Virus genome (UHGV): UHGV-0173177
From: a virus
Strand: one strand, 5' to 3'
DNA length: 44,360 nucleotides
A model generated the notes under the pieces. It saw only the letters and a program-made list of their open reading frames with translations. It had not been told where the DNA came from and searched no databases. Position 1 is the stretch's first letter. Each line of letters starts with the position of its first letter. The position numbers and the translations under genes were made by a program. Shown here in pieces: positions 25,839 through 33,651 of this stretch.

Positions 25839-28079
25839 CTATTCCAAATCCTCTTCTGTCACTACCAGCATTTCATTCGGTTCGTATATTGTCTTCGGTC
25901 TTAGTCTATCCCCTATTCTTTCAGGTATACGATACGTTCTCGGTACTACTTCGCCATTAGCATCACAGCCTAGCATTAGTTCACCATCTTTCAGCATTTT
26001 ATCAAGATGGGTGTTAGTCACAGAAAAGTCACCGGAACGGGCCACTATCTGCTGCTGAGTAAAACCGCGACCTGTGTCATCTGACTGTTGCAGGTCTTCC
26101 AGTGCCGAAAGTATCGACTCCTTCCTTACTTCATCCCTGCCGCGTTTAACTTCTTCCTTTACTTTTTGTTTACCTTCGTTAGTTAACCCTTCTTCCCGCT
26201 CCTTCTCCTCGTCAGTTTTGAACGGCTCGAAGCCCCACGGCATCAGAACAAGCGCCTTGTGTGGTTCCGGCAGGTCGAGGTTTACGATTGTGCCGTATTC
26301 CTCTGTGCTGCCCAGGAACTCAACAGCACGGTACTCTTTCGGCGGTGGTGCTTCACGGAACTGTACAGACTCCAACACCATGCCAACCGTTTTCTGTTGA
26401 GGGCCGTGCTTAAATTTTGAGTGGTATACGTTTATCTGACGGTCGGTTGCGCGTTCAATTGTCAGTTCCACGTCGACCCCAGCATACAACGCCCCGCTGC
26501 CACGGGCTTTCTTTCCACCTTTCGGTGTATGGTGGACAACACCCACCGCGGCTTTGGTTGCGTCGCGTACTTCTTTCAGGATGGCGATAACCTTACCCAT
26601 GCCGATTGCCGTTGATGAACTGTTCTCGTCGAACTTATCAATCGTCAGGGCCAGTGTCTGGTTGAGAGTATCGAACGCGACCATGCCGATGGGTTCGCCA
26701 CCCGCAGTTTCTCGCATTAGCTTAATCAGGCTTTTCAGTTTGCCAACTTCGCCCATATCGATGACATGTACATAATATTTACCTTCCTCGCCGTATTTAG
26801 CCGCGAGTGCATCAATACGGGTGCGTGTGGCAGCACCGCCCTCGCCGTCAATATAGAAATGGTGGCAACGCTGTGTATCAGCGCCGGCAAACCGGTACCC
26901 GGCGGCGCTCAGGTACATCATCCCCAGCGTATAGAAGGATTTGTACGTGCCGGATTCCCCGACGATGTCCCAGATGCAATCCGAGGGCATGTACCCTTCA
27001 ACGACGAAATCAGCCTTTACCGGTTCAGGTAACTCGTCCTCCTCTGAGCCTTCGTCATCTTCCAGGTCGTCCAGGCTGCATGAAACGGACTCTCGCGCAC
27101 CCCAACCGATAGCCTCTGCTACTTCACTGAATGGCAGCCCGGTCGCATCGCACGCATACTTCCACACCTCTTTCGGTGACATGCCTTCGGTTGCCGTAAT
27201 GTCGGTGTCGTGAATCATGGTTACGTTTGGCGCGGCGTAACCCTCTCGCGGAAAGCACAGCAGGAAATCATCCGGGCGTGGCGTCGGGTCGCTGTAGTTT
27301 TCTGCGTGTTCTGGTGTGGCAGGCATTTTAAGGCCGCGGGGTGTCATAATACCGCCATACTCGAATGCCAGTGCTTCAAACGCATCGGTAAACGCAGTGC
27401 GCAGTTCTTCCGGTATCTGGTAATCCGATGCGCTGCTAACGTCAACGGCGGGGATGCCTTCCAGCAGTTCTTCCGGGTCAATCAGGTCGTTGCGGCGCGA
27501 CCAAATAACGGTAGAGCCAACCGGCGGCAGGTACATCGGCTGCGACAGAGTGAACCCGCTGCGGTCAGCGCCCATGCCTTTGAAGAAGTGCTCGAGCAAT
27601 CCGTGGCGAACGCGGATGATGTCGCCACCTTCGACCGGGCGACCAAGCGGCATAACGACGCGAAAGCGCGGTGACCCATCGGTATGTGATGCCGTGGTAT
27701 AGAGGCACATGGCCAGGCGGCTGCGCTTAACCAGGTGCACAGCTTCCTGATACTCTTCCGGCGTTGCACTGTCGAAGTCCAGGTAGGCCAGTGATGATTT
27801 GCTTACAGAGGCGTCGCAGCGATAGAAGAAGCCTTTACGCGCTTGCTTAAAGTCCCCGGTTTCCTGGTCTTTTACGGTGCTGTGTGTTGAGTCGCACGCG
27901 GCTGTGATATAGCCGGGCGCGGTCTTAGGGTTAACCCCATCACGAACAGCATCGAGCGGCCGGATTAACTCTTTCAGGTCGTCCAGTGTTGCCGTGTGTG
28001 TGGTTCTGACGTTTATATCCTTTTTCTCTGCCCGCGCGTTGCGACGAGACCACGAGTAGGATAAAATTACATCGGACAT
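25839..28079 (-). CDS. primase-helicase (N-terminal primase-like region, C-terminal RecA-fold helicase domain)
   Basis: 746 aa; Walker A GESGTYKS within a RecA-like region; Walker B-like VVHHT; large N-terminal domain typical of phage/plasmid primases. Confidence 0.65.
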   Translation of the reverse strand: MSDVILSYSWSRRNARAEKKDINVRTTHTATLDDLKELIRPLDAVRDGVNPKTAPGYITAACDSTHSTVKDQETGDFKQARKGFFYRCDASVSKSSLAYLDFDSATPEEYQEAVHLVKRSRLAMCLYTTASHTDGSPRFRVVMPLGRPVEGGDIIRVRHGLLEHFFKGMGADRSGFTLSQPMYLPPVGSTVIWSRRNDLIDPEELLEGIPAVDVSSASDYQIPEELRTAFTDAFEALAFEYGGIMTPRGLKMPATPEHAENYSDPTPRPDDFLLCFPREGYAAPNVTMIHDTDITATEGMSPKEVWKYACDATGLPFSEVAEAIGWGARESVSCSLDDLEDDEGSEEDELPEPVKADFVVEGYMPSDCIWDIVGESGTYKSFYTLGMMYLSAAGYRFAGADTQRCHHFYIDGEGGAATRTRIDALAAKYGEEGKYYVHVIDMGEVGKLKSLIKLMRETAGGEPIGMVAFDTLNQTLALTIDKFDENSSSTAIGMGKVIAILKEVRDATKAAVGVVHHTPKGGKKARGSGALYAGVDVELTIERATDRQINVYHSKFKHGPQQKTVGMVLESVQFREAPPPKEYRAVEFLGSTEEYGTIVNLDLPEPHKALVLMPWGFEPFKTDEEKEREEGLTNEGKQKVKEEVKRGRDEVRKESILSALEDLQQSDDTGRGFTQQQIVARSGDFSVTNTHLDKMLKDGELMLGCDANGEVVPRTYRIPERIGDRLRPKTIYEPNEMLVVTEEDLE

Positions 28080-28137
28080 GTTGTATTTCCTTCAGCAAGT
28101 AATTTGGCCTCGGCGTTCACCGCGTCGGGGCTTTCTT

Positions 28138-28371
28138 TTATTCCAGGTCTTCTAAAGTAGCGGTCATTCCGCGAACTTCAGCAACGGCGCTATATTTCCC
28201 GCCAACATTTTTCACGACACCAGATTTAACCAGCACCTTCAACGACCCTTCAATAATGGCTGAACTATAGTACTTAAAATAACTACGGCGCAAGTCAATA
28301 ACGCTACACGACCCTTTTTTACGTGTTAACGAAACGACTGCTGTAAATACGCGTGACTGAAACTCGGTCAT
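28138..28371 (-). CDS. hypothetical protein (77 aa)
   Basis: ORF with ATGA coupling to the upstream HTH gene. Confidence 0.4.
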   Translation of the reverse strand: MTEFQSRVFTAVVSLTRKKGSCSVIDLRRSYFKYYSSAIIEGSLKVLVKSGVVKNVGGKYSAVAEVRGMTATLEDLE

Positions 28372-28538
28372 TTCACGTTCTCCTTAATCCATGCTTCCAC
28401 TTTCTCCGGGTCAAACGTACCTGGCTGACGACGGCCCATAATGCGGATGCAGCAATCCGGGAACTTCCCGCTCTTTAACCAGTTATTCAGCGTGCGACGG
28501 GTAACCCCGATACGCTCAGCTACCTCATTCTGTGTCAT
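28368..28538 (-). CDS. small helix-turn-helix DNA-binding protein (AlpA/excisionase-like)
   Basis: MTQNEVAERIGVTRRTLNNWLKSGKFP is an AlpA-type HTH; start trimmed to ATG 28538 with GAGGG RBS (track start 28571 is a TTG). Confidence 0.55.
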   Translation of the reverse strand: MTQNEVAERIGVTRRTLNNWLKSGKFPDCCIRIMGRRQPGTFDPEKVEAWIKENVK

Positions 28539-28570
28539 TCTCAAACCCTCATTATTAGTTAACGAAACCA

Positions 28571-28599
28571 AGTATACATTGCGAATAATGGGAAATCAA
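28571..28599 (-). promoter_or_regulatory. sigma70-like promoter (TTGATT-17-TATACT) for the leftward HTH/primase operon
   Basis: - strand reads TTGATT tcccattattcgcaatg TATACT, about 35 nt upstream of ATG 28538. Confidence 0.5.
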
Positions 28600-28978
28600 A
28601 CATAATCGCACCTATTGACATTATGAAAATCTTCGTTTAAGGTGCTTCTATATCTTAGTTACTTTGATTCCTGTTCACCTTGTAAAACCGCTTAAAACGC
28701 AGCTGCGCGCAGCGCAAGCAAAGTGTTAAGCGAAAGTTTACTGAACACGAGAATTATCGTAACTTTCCTTCCTAAGTATCTCCGGTTGCCCTGGGCAAGC
28801 TCTATTCACATCGGCAGCATATCTCTTAAGTATCTGATTTTCTTAATGTGCCGTAGATTCGCAACCGTAAAAATGTAACGATTATTGGGCAGGCTTAGGG
28901 CCTGCCCTTTAGTTACCAAGTAATAAGAATAAAGGCACAACCTTCCCAGAAGAATCACAACGGCAACGTAACTATCTC

Positions 28979-29007
28979 TTGCACGCCCCAACATAATAGG
29001 ATACTAT
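28979..29007 (+). promoter_or_regulatory. sigma70-like promoter (class 2: TTGCAC-17-TACTAT) with AATAGGATACTATT palindrome over the -10
   Basis: TTGCAC gccccaacataatagga TACTAT tcactt, followed by leader ACGAGAcagAGGAG and ATG 29042. Confidence 0.55.
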
Positions 29008-29041
29008 TCACTTATCGAAACGAGACAGAGGAGTGAGGGTT

Positions 29042-29233
29042 ATGTTTAAGAAGGGTCAGTTGGTTAAATGCGCCGACGGTAAACACGGTGTGATTGAATT
29101 AAAATCCGCTTTATTTCCGGGAGAGTACCTAGTTACTGTGCAAAAGGTGAGAGGAGTAAATTCGGCGGCATACGTAGCGGAAGAGAATTTAAAACTCATC
29201 GGCAACAATTTTAAATTCAAAGAGGTGAAGTGA
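29042..29233 (+). CDS. hypothetical early protein (63 aa)
   Basis: ATG 29042 with GAGGAG/GAGGG RBS (track start 29033 is a GTG); first gene after the promoter at 28979. Confidence 0.5.
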   Translation: MFKKGQLVKCADGKHGVIELKSALFPGEYLVTVQKVRGVNSAAYVAEENLKLIGNNFKFKEVK

Positions 29234-29442
29234 TGGAAGAATTAATTTGCGTGAAAAGTAAATTAACGGAGTTTAAGCCGGGGCGTTTATACAGCAGTTA
29301 CCCAACACCTGATTACGATTATGTTATTGATGAAACAGGAGGCGAATGGGTAGTTGACCAGTTCGGAGATGATGAGTTCGGTATATTTGATGGTGGACTG
29401 AGAGCCTCATTCACAACGGCATCGGATAAAGAGGCGAAGTGA
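29230..29442 (+). CDS. hypothetical early protein (70 aa)
   Basis: ATGA coupling to the upstream gene; acidic small protein. Confidence 0.5.
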   Translation: MMEELICVKSKLTEFKPGRLYSSYPTPDYDYVIDETGGEWVVDQFGDDEFGIFDGGLRASFTTASDKEAK

Positions 29443-29645
29443 TGCAAGAATTATTTGAAGAACTGAAACATCATGAACTAGAAGAAGTGCATTTCATAAT
29501 TGGCCATTACAAAGTCACTTTATTAGACGGTACAACCATTTCTTCAGGGGCAAGTGACGATTTGTTGAAATTTTTACGTTTACTACGAACGGCATCGAAT
29601 CATGATGCGAGTGTCGACGACTCTGAGGGAGGTTGCCGTGAATAA
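29439..29645 (+). CDS. hypothetical early protein (68 aa)
   Basis: ATGA coupling to the upstream gene. Confidence 0.5.
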   Translation: MMQELFEELKHHELEEVHFIIGHYKVTLLDGTTISSGASDDLLKFLRLLRTASNHDASVDDSEGGCRE

Positions 29646-29699
29646 GTTTGTTTTAATCATCAGCGCCGTTTATGTGGTGCACGCGTTGCGGGGGTTAGT

Positions 29700-29855
29700 A
29701 TGAGAATCCGTATAACTGACCGCAGGCTTATAGATTTCGGTATCTCGGTAGGTGATGTTTTTCTGGCGTTCAGCAGCAACCATTATGGTTTTATGATTGA
29801 GTACAAAGGGTCGTTATTGTTCGTGTATCGGGATGAGTGCGAGGTTCTGGTATGA
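29700..29855 (+). CDS. small hypothetical protein (51 aa)
   Basis: Hand-translated ORF below the track cutoff; stop overlaps the next ATG (ATGA at 29852). Confidence 0.3.
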   Translation: MRIRITDRRLIDFGISVGDVFLAFSSNHYGFMIEYKGSLLFVYRDECEVLV

Positions 29856-29995
29856 GAGAAGCATTTGAACGGTGGGCCGTCATCGAGGGGCTGCCTGTTA
29901 ATAAGGGTTCGAAGAAAGAGTACCTGAACGTTAAGACGCGTCTCGCGTGGCGGGCGTGGAAAGCTGGTGTGCAAGCTGTGATGAATACGAGGTGA
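29852..29995 (+). CDS. small hypothetical protein (47 aa)
   Basis: Hand-translated ORF MREAFERWAVIEGLPVNKGSKK… filling the gap before 29999. Confidence 0.3.
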   Translation: MREAFERWAVIEGLPVNKGSKKEYLNVKTRLAWRAWKAGVQAVMNTR

Positions 29996-29998
29996 GAT

Positions 29999-30199
29999 AT
30001 GAGTAAGTGGATTAAGTGCAGTGAGCAGATGCCCGCTCCTTTCTCTCATGTACTTGTGACCGATGGGGGAGAGGTTGAGATTAAATGGTTCGATGATGAT
30101 TCGGATGAGTGGGATAGTTGGGATGAATTCAACTCTGTCATAGACAACGAGGATATAACGCACTGGAGGAAATTGCCTAAACCGCCGAAACTGGTGTAA
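29999..30199 (+). CDS. DUF551-like small phage protein
   Basis: MSKWIKCSEQMP…VLV…W…THWRKLPKPP matches the recalled W/P-rich DUF551 pattern. Confidence 0.45.
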   Translation: MSKWIKCSEQMPAPFSHVLVTDGGEVEIKWFDDDSDEWDSWDEFNSVIDNEDITHWRKLPKPPKLV

Positions 30200-30334
30200 C
30201 AGGTCAATAGGTTACTATTTGACTGAGTGACTTACGCTGCTACACAGCAGCGTACAACTTTAGATTAGTGTCGTCAAAAAGCGACACTTTCACCGAACGC
30301 AACAATCGAAGCGACTATTGCAGGAGATGCAACA

Positions 30335-30505
30335 ATGAAACTGAATGACATCGTAACCTGGACCGGTAGAAACGGAGAAAAGCGATTCGGGCTTATTGTT
30401 GCGTCAGACGGCAACAAGTACCGTGTTATGCGATGGCGTCAGTGGGCGAGACGCCCGAGATACTACTGGATTCGCAGCGAACGATTATCGTTAAAACACC
30501 AATAA
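30335..30505 (+). CDS. small basic protein (56 aa)
   Basis: Hand-translated ORF with AGGAG RBS 8 nt upstream of ATG 30335; Arg/Trp-rich. Confidence 0.3.
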   Translation: MKLNDIVTWTGRNGEKRFGLIVASDGNKYRVMRWRQWARRPRYYWIRSERLSLKHQ

Positions 30506-30512
30506 AATTTAC

Positions 30513-30541
30513 TTGCACGCTAGGATAGAATAGGCTACTAT
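30513..30541 (+). promoter_or_regulatory. sigma70-like promoter (class 2: TTGCAC-17-TACTAT) with AATAGGCTACTATT palindrome over the -10
   Basis: TTGCAC gctaggatagaataggc TACTAT tcattt, followed by leader ACGAGAGGAGAGACAGAAG-ATG (30573). Confidence 0.55.
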
Positions 30542-30572
30542 TCATTTACACGAACGAGAGGAGAGACAGAAG

Positions 30573-30695
30573 ATGTACAGCGAATTTGATTTGTGGGACG
30601 TGGTTCTTATGTGGGCCTCCGGGGAAGATGTTGTTTGCGACGGCGACACATTAAGTATCATATGCGAGGAGCCAGAAGATGTTCCTGGAATGTAA
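30573..30695 (+). CDS. small acidic protein (40 aa)
   Basis: Hand-translated; AGGAG RBS; ends …CEEPEDVPGM overlapping the next start inside a duplicated 16-bp junction GAGGAGCCAGAAGATG. Confidence 0.35.
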   Translation: MYSEFDLWDVVLMWASGEDVVCDGDTLSIICEEPEDVPGM

Positions 30696-30897
30696 ATCCT
30701 ACGATGGCTATTGGGTGCTGACTAAAAACGACCTGTACCACCTCAAAGAAGACGGCGACGAGAGCCGCTGCTACATAATAGACGACAACGGCACTGAACT
30801 CGATGTCTATTACACCGGGTATGGTCGATGGGCGTTATCGGCGGACGACGACTTTGTGTTCGAAGAATATAACGGGGAGGAGCCAGAAGATGAGTAA
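30679..30897 (+). CDS. hypothetical acidic protein (72 aa)
   Basis: Starts in the first junction copy and ends …NGEEPEDE in the second copy (30877-30892). Confidence 0.5.
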   Translation: MFLECKSYDGYWVLTKNDLYHLKEDGDESRCYIIDDNGTELDVYYTGYGRWALSADDDFVFEEYNGEEPEDE

Positions 30898-31204
30898 CAA
30901 AAACGAGGTATTCGAGTACCTGATTGACCAACTACGGCAGCAGGTAAATAACAACCAGTGCGAAGACCTGGCGCATGAGGTGCAGTCACTTAAGAATCAG
31001 TTACGTGATGCGTCGGCGCAGATTAAGGAGTTGAAGCTGGTGCTGGCAAAAGCTACAGGTGACGTAGAGGCGTACAAACTTATCCGCGAACAGGAGCAAT
31101 CCGGTTGCCGTAAGGAAGATACTCAGGAATGTGAGCACGTGTGGAATAGGTACATTGTACACCCTCACAGAAAGATATGTTTAGTATGCGGGTTAAAGAA
31201 ATGA
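30890..31204 (+). CDS. hypothetical coiled-coil protein (104 aa)
   Basis: ATG 30890 in the second junction copy (track ORF 30803 trimmed); heptad-like Gln/Leu/Lys-rich region. Confidence 0.45.
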   Translation: MSNKNEVFEYLIDQLRQQVNNNQCEDLAHEVQSLKNQLRDASAQIKELKLVLAKATGDVEAYKLIREQEQSGCRKEDTQECEHVWNRYIVHPHRKICLVCGLKK

Positions 31205-31404
31205 CCAGCATCCTATTTATCTGGGTATTGTCCGCAGGCCAGATGCAACTCGCGGCAGCAGAAACGTTTTATTCGATGGAGGCGTGCCAGTCAGCGGCGC
31301 GCGCCGCAGAAAACGCGCACTTCCTGTTTCAGGGCGACAAGCCCAACGATTCAGAGGTACGCGCTATCTGCTCACCTAAGCGACTTGGTAAACAGGAGAA
31401 GTGA
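31201..31404 (+). CDS. small secreted protein (67 aa, signal peptide)
   Basis: ATG 31201 with ATGA overlap; N-terminus MTSILFIWVLSAGQMQLAAA looks like a cleavable signal. Confidence 0.45.
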   Translation: MTSILFIWVLSAGQMQLAAAETFYSMEACQSAARAAENAHFLFQGDKPNDSEVRAICSPKRLGKQEK

Positions 31405-31406
31405 TT

Positions 31407-31610
31407 ATGGTACAGAGATACTCTAAGTATGGGTCTGACAACCATTTCGGGGACCGTCACGGGGCGTGGGTTAAGTTTGAGGACTACCAGAATCTTGACC
31501 ACAAGCTGTTGGAAGTTGAAGCCGAGTTACAGAAATACAAAGACCAGTTTCCGGATTACGTCGAGTGCGCGAACTGCGGGTCAATTACACATGTGGAAGG
31601 GGTGGAGTGA
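31407..31610 (+). CDS. hypothetical protein (67 aa) with C-terminal CxxC
   Basis: ATG 31407 with AGGAG 8 nt upstream (track start 31401 is a GTG); …CANCGSITH. Confidence 0.45.
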   Translation: MVQRYSKYGSDNHFGDRHGAWVKFEDYQNLDHKLLEVEAELQKYKDQFPDYVECANCGSITHVEGVE

Positions 31611-31915
31611 TGATTGACGCGTATATCTATTGGAGTGGGGTAGCTTTTAATTTTACCCTTATCCCTGTGATTCTTTGGGCACTTTGGTGTTTGGTACTGT
31701 TCCCCGCCGTAGAAGCTGCTAGCATGGCGCGGTACTACCGAAGAATCGGAAAAGTTCACGGGATTAAAGTGCACAGCTGGTTCAGGCTTTTCCGCGCTAA
31801 CTACGAATTGTTTGGGCGCACGTTCACAGCACAGCGGTGCTCTTACGGCTATTGGGAAGGAGTAGGGCGATGGGAAGTATTTCCTGCGGAGGCCGAAAAT
31901 GAGCCTCGCAACTGA
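31610..31915 (+). CDS. small membrane protein (101 aa)
   Basis: ATG 31610 with GGAG RBS overlapping the upstream stop; hydrophobic segment FNFTLIPVILWALWCLVLF. Confidence 0.45.
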   Translation: MIDAYIYWSGVAFNFTLIPVILWALWCLVLFPAVEAASMARYYRRIGKVHGIKVHSWFRLFRANYELFGRTFTAQRCSYGYWEGVGRWEVFPAEAENEPRN

Positions 31916-32192
31916 TATCCTGAAACGAAGCGGCCTTGCGCCGCTGTCACCGAGAGTTAGAACACAGATATACAAGCGCCGCCATAACGCGCTGTACCCT
32001 GAGATTCAGGCCAGACGCAAAGCGGTCCGCGCCTGTGGATTCCAGAACGGGAAGGCCGTTAACCTCGGTGAGTTTAAAACACAGGAACGGGCAGCTATTG
32101 CGAACCGGCTATTTAATTACTGGAAATCGCTGGGATACGATGATATTCCGACGAAACCACAGAGGCGACAATACATCTGGAGACATAAATAA
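31899..32192 (+). CDS. hypothetical basic protein (97 aa)
   Basis: ORF overlapping the upstream gene end; precedes the lysis cassette. Confidence 0.45.
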   Translation: MSLATDILKRSGLAPLSPRVRTQIYKRRHNALYPEIQARRKAVRACGFQNGKAVNLGEFKTQERAAIANRLFNYWKSLGYDDIPTKPQRRQYIWRHK

Positions 32193-32222
32193 ACCGTTAT
32201 TAGGATAATTCCTACCCGTGGT

Positions 32223-32262
32223 ATCCTCCAGTTACTGCATACTTAATACGCACCTGGAGGAT
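32223..32262 (+). promoter_or_regulatory. stem-loop that would sequester the Shine-Dalgarno of the first holin gene
   Basis: ATCCTCCAG (32223-32231) is the exact reverse complement of CTGGAGGAT (32254-32262); the 3' arm contains the GGAGG RBS for TTG start 32268. Confidence 0.4.
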
Positions 32263-32267
32263 TCATC

Positions 32268-32576
32268 TTGGATAAATTTACTGAAACAGTGACGGGGTGG
32301 CTTCTCGCCGCCGCACTGGTCGGTGGATTGGTCGGGCTAAGACAACATAAAAAGTCTATATCCGGGCCGATTGACGGACTGGTATTTCTTCTCACCGGCT
32401 TCGCGTGTGCCATTTTCGGCGCACCTCTTGCGGCTCAATGGTTCGGTATTACTGGTGAGCGCGAGATAGCTGGCCTCGGATTCATCATTGCCATTCTCTG
32501 GATGCCTATCTATTCCCGCCTTTCTGGCATCGTATCGGGCGGCGATATTGCCCGCCCAGGAGGACCGCATGACTGA
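32268..32576 (+). CDS. holin-like membrane protein (three hydrophobic segments)
   Basis: 102 aa, TTG start with GGAGG RBS; three hydrophobic helices; immediately upstream of a second small membrane protein and the endolysin. Confidence 0.5.
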   Translation: MDKFTETVTGWLLAAALVGGLVGLRQHKKSISGPIDGLVFLLTGFACAIFGAPLAAQWFGITGEREIAGLGFIIAILWMPIYSRLSGIVSGGDIARPGGPHD

Positions 32577-32841
32577 GCTATTCTGGTTTGTCGTAATGCT
32601 GGCGATGGGCGCTTCGTCCCTGTTCAACGTGTATAATGAACACGTGGACGACGGGCTATTTGGGCGTGTGCTCTATATCCTGACTGCTATCGTCTGCGCC
32701 GCCGGGTGTATCCACCTGTTACAAGGCAGCATGTCACCTACGTTGCCCGAGACGTTAATCACATTAGTTGCGCTGCGTCAGATTCGTCAGGCGTGGCTGT
32801 CGTATGGAGGACATAAGTGTGTCTCGAAATATTTCAGATAA
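32569..32841 (+). CDS. holin/antiholin-like membrane protein (two hydrophobic segments)
   Basis: 90 aa from ATG 32569 with AGGAGG RBS (track ORF 32488 trimmed); helices FWFVVMLAMGASSLF and VLYILTAIVCAAGCIHLL; overlaps the endolysin start. Confidence 0.5.
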   Translation: MTELFWFVVMLAMGASSLFNVYNEHVDDGLFGRVLYILTAIVCAAGCIHLLQGSMSPTLPETLITLVALRQIRQAWLSYGGHKCVSKYFR

Positions 32842-33304
32842 TGGATTGCATTTCACTGCCGCATTTGAGGGGTTCCGTGGAACTGCGTATCGTGCTACCC
32901 CGAATGAGAAGTACCTGACTATTGGTTACGGGCACTACGGGCCAGACGTAACGCCCGGAAAGACCATCACGCCGGGACAAGGACTCCTGCTACTGAATCG
33001 CGATATGGCTAAGGCCGTAGCTGCGGTTGACGCAGCAGCACACCATTCACTGGCACAGGCGCAGTTCGATGCAGTGTGCGACCTGGTGTATAACGCGGGT
33101 GCTGGTGTGATTGCAGCTACTACAGGCACGGGTAAGGCGCTGCGTTCCGGTGATATTGCGACTCTGCGGGATAAGCTGGCGCTGTTCATCAACCAGAACG
33201 GCAAACCGTTACTTGGCCTGCGTCGCCGTACAGCCGGTCGTTTGGCGCTGTTCGACGGTAAACCGTGGCGGGAGGCGGAAGCTATCGGGAGGGCTGTTAA
33301 ATGA
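32804..33304 (+). CDS. endolysin, phage lysozyme (GH24-like)
   Basis: N-terminal catalytic region …AAFEGFRGTAYRATPNEKYLTIGYGH… and …QAQFDAVCDLVYNAG… resemble the P22 gp19 / T4-lysozyme family; start trimmed to ATG 32804. Confidence 0.75.
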   Translation: MEDISVSRNISDNGLHFTAAFEGFRGTAYRATPNEKYLTIGYGHYGPDVTPGKTITPGQGLLLLNRDMAKAVAAVDAAAHHSLAQAQFDAVCDLVYNAGAGVIAATTGTGKALRSGDIATLRDKLALFINQNGKPLLGLRRRTAGRLALFDGKPWREAEAIGRAVK

Positions 33305-33431
33305 TGGACGAATATGAAGGCGTTTAGTAAACTTATCCCTACGCTGTTTGTGCTTGCATACTAAGCCCCGGTAAACCCGAAGCAGCAGCCCAAGCGGTGG
33401 AGACTGCGTAGGGTTCAAGGGCTTATGACCG

Positions 33432-33462
33432 AAACCCGGACCGCGAATCCGGGTTTTATTTT
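33432..33462 (+). terminator. intrinsic terminator after the lysis cassette
   Basis: AAACCCGGA-ccgcgaa-TCCGGGTTT followed by TATTTT. Confidence 0.6.
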
Positions 33463-33467
33463 ACCAA

Positions 33468-33568
33468 TTGACACCTGAGACCAATCAGACGATACTTAAA
33501 TCACCTCCTGTTCCATCCCTCTGCTCTCCAGTTTTATCCCGGCACTGACCCAGCCGGGATTTTTTTTA
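33468..33568 (+). ncRNA. candidate small RNA unit: promoter-like element, ~65-nt transcript and intrinsic terminator, no ORF
   Basis: TTGACA(33468)-17-GATACT(33491); transcribed region contains CACCUCCUGUUCC; terminator CCCGGC-actgaccca-GCCGGG + T8 at 33538-33568. Confidence 0.3.
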
Positions 33569-33589
33569 TCTATTTTCTGCAATGACTAG

Positions 33590-33618
33590 TTGACTATTAC
33601 CCTCGACCTTATTATATT
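33590..33618 (+). promoter_or_regulatory. sigma70-like promoter (TTGACT-17-TATATT) for the operon starting at 33652
   Basis: TTGACT attaccctcgaccttat TATATT, followed by leader …ACGAGAacGGAGtagagaag-ATG. Confidence 0.5.
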
Positions 33619-33651
33619 TACTCCATCGACAACGAGAACGGAGTAGAGAAG

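Noticed and set aside
28806-28994. 62-aa - strand ORF in the 28572-28990 intergenic region
   Set aside because: Lies across the divergent promoter region and overlaps the promoter at 28979; no RBS; more likely regulatory DNA. The region does contain short repeats (TAAGTATCT twice, a GGGCAGGC…GCCTGCCC hairpin) that could be an origin or regulatory element, but this could not be established.
33340-33465. Possible tRNA gene (GGGTTCAAGG and GAATCC strings resembling a T-loop)
   Set aside because: No cloverleaf could be built by eye (no 7-bp acceptor stem or complementary T-stem); the GAATCC segment is explained as part of the intrinsic terminator hairpin at 33432-33462.
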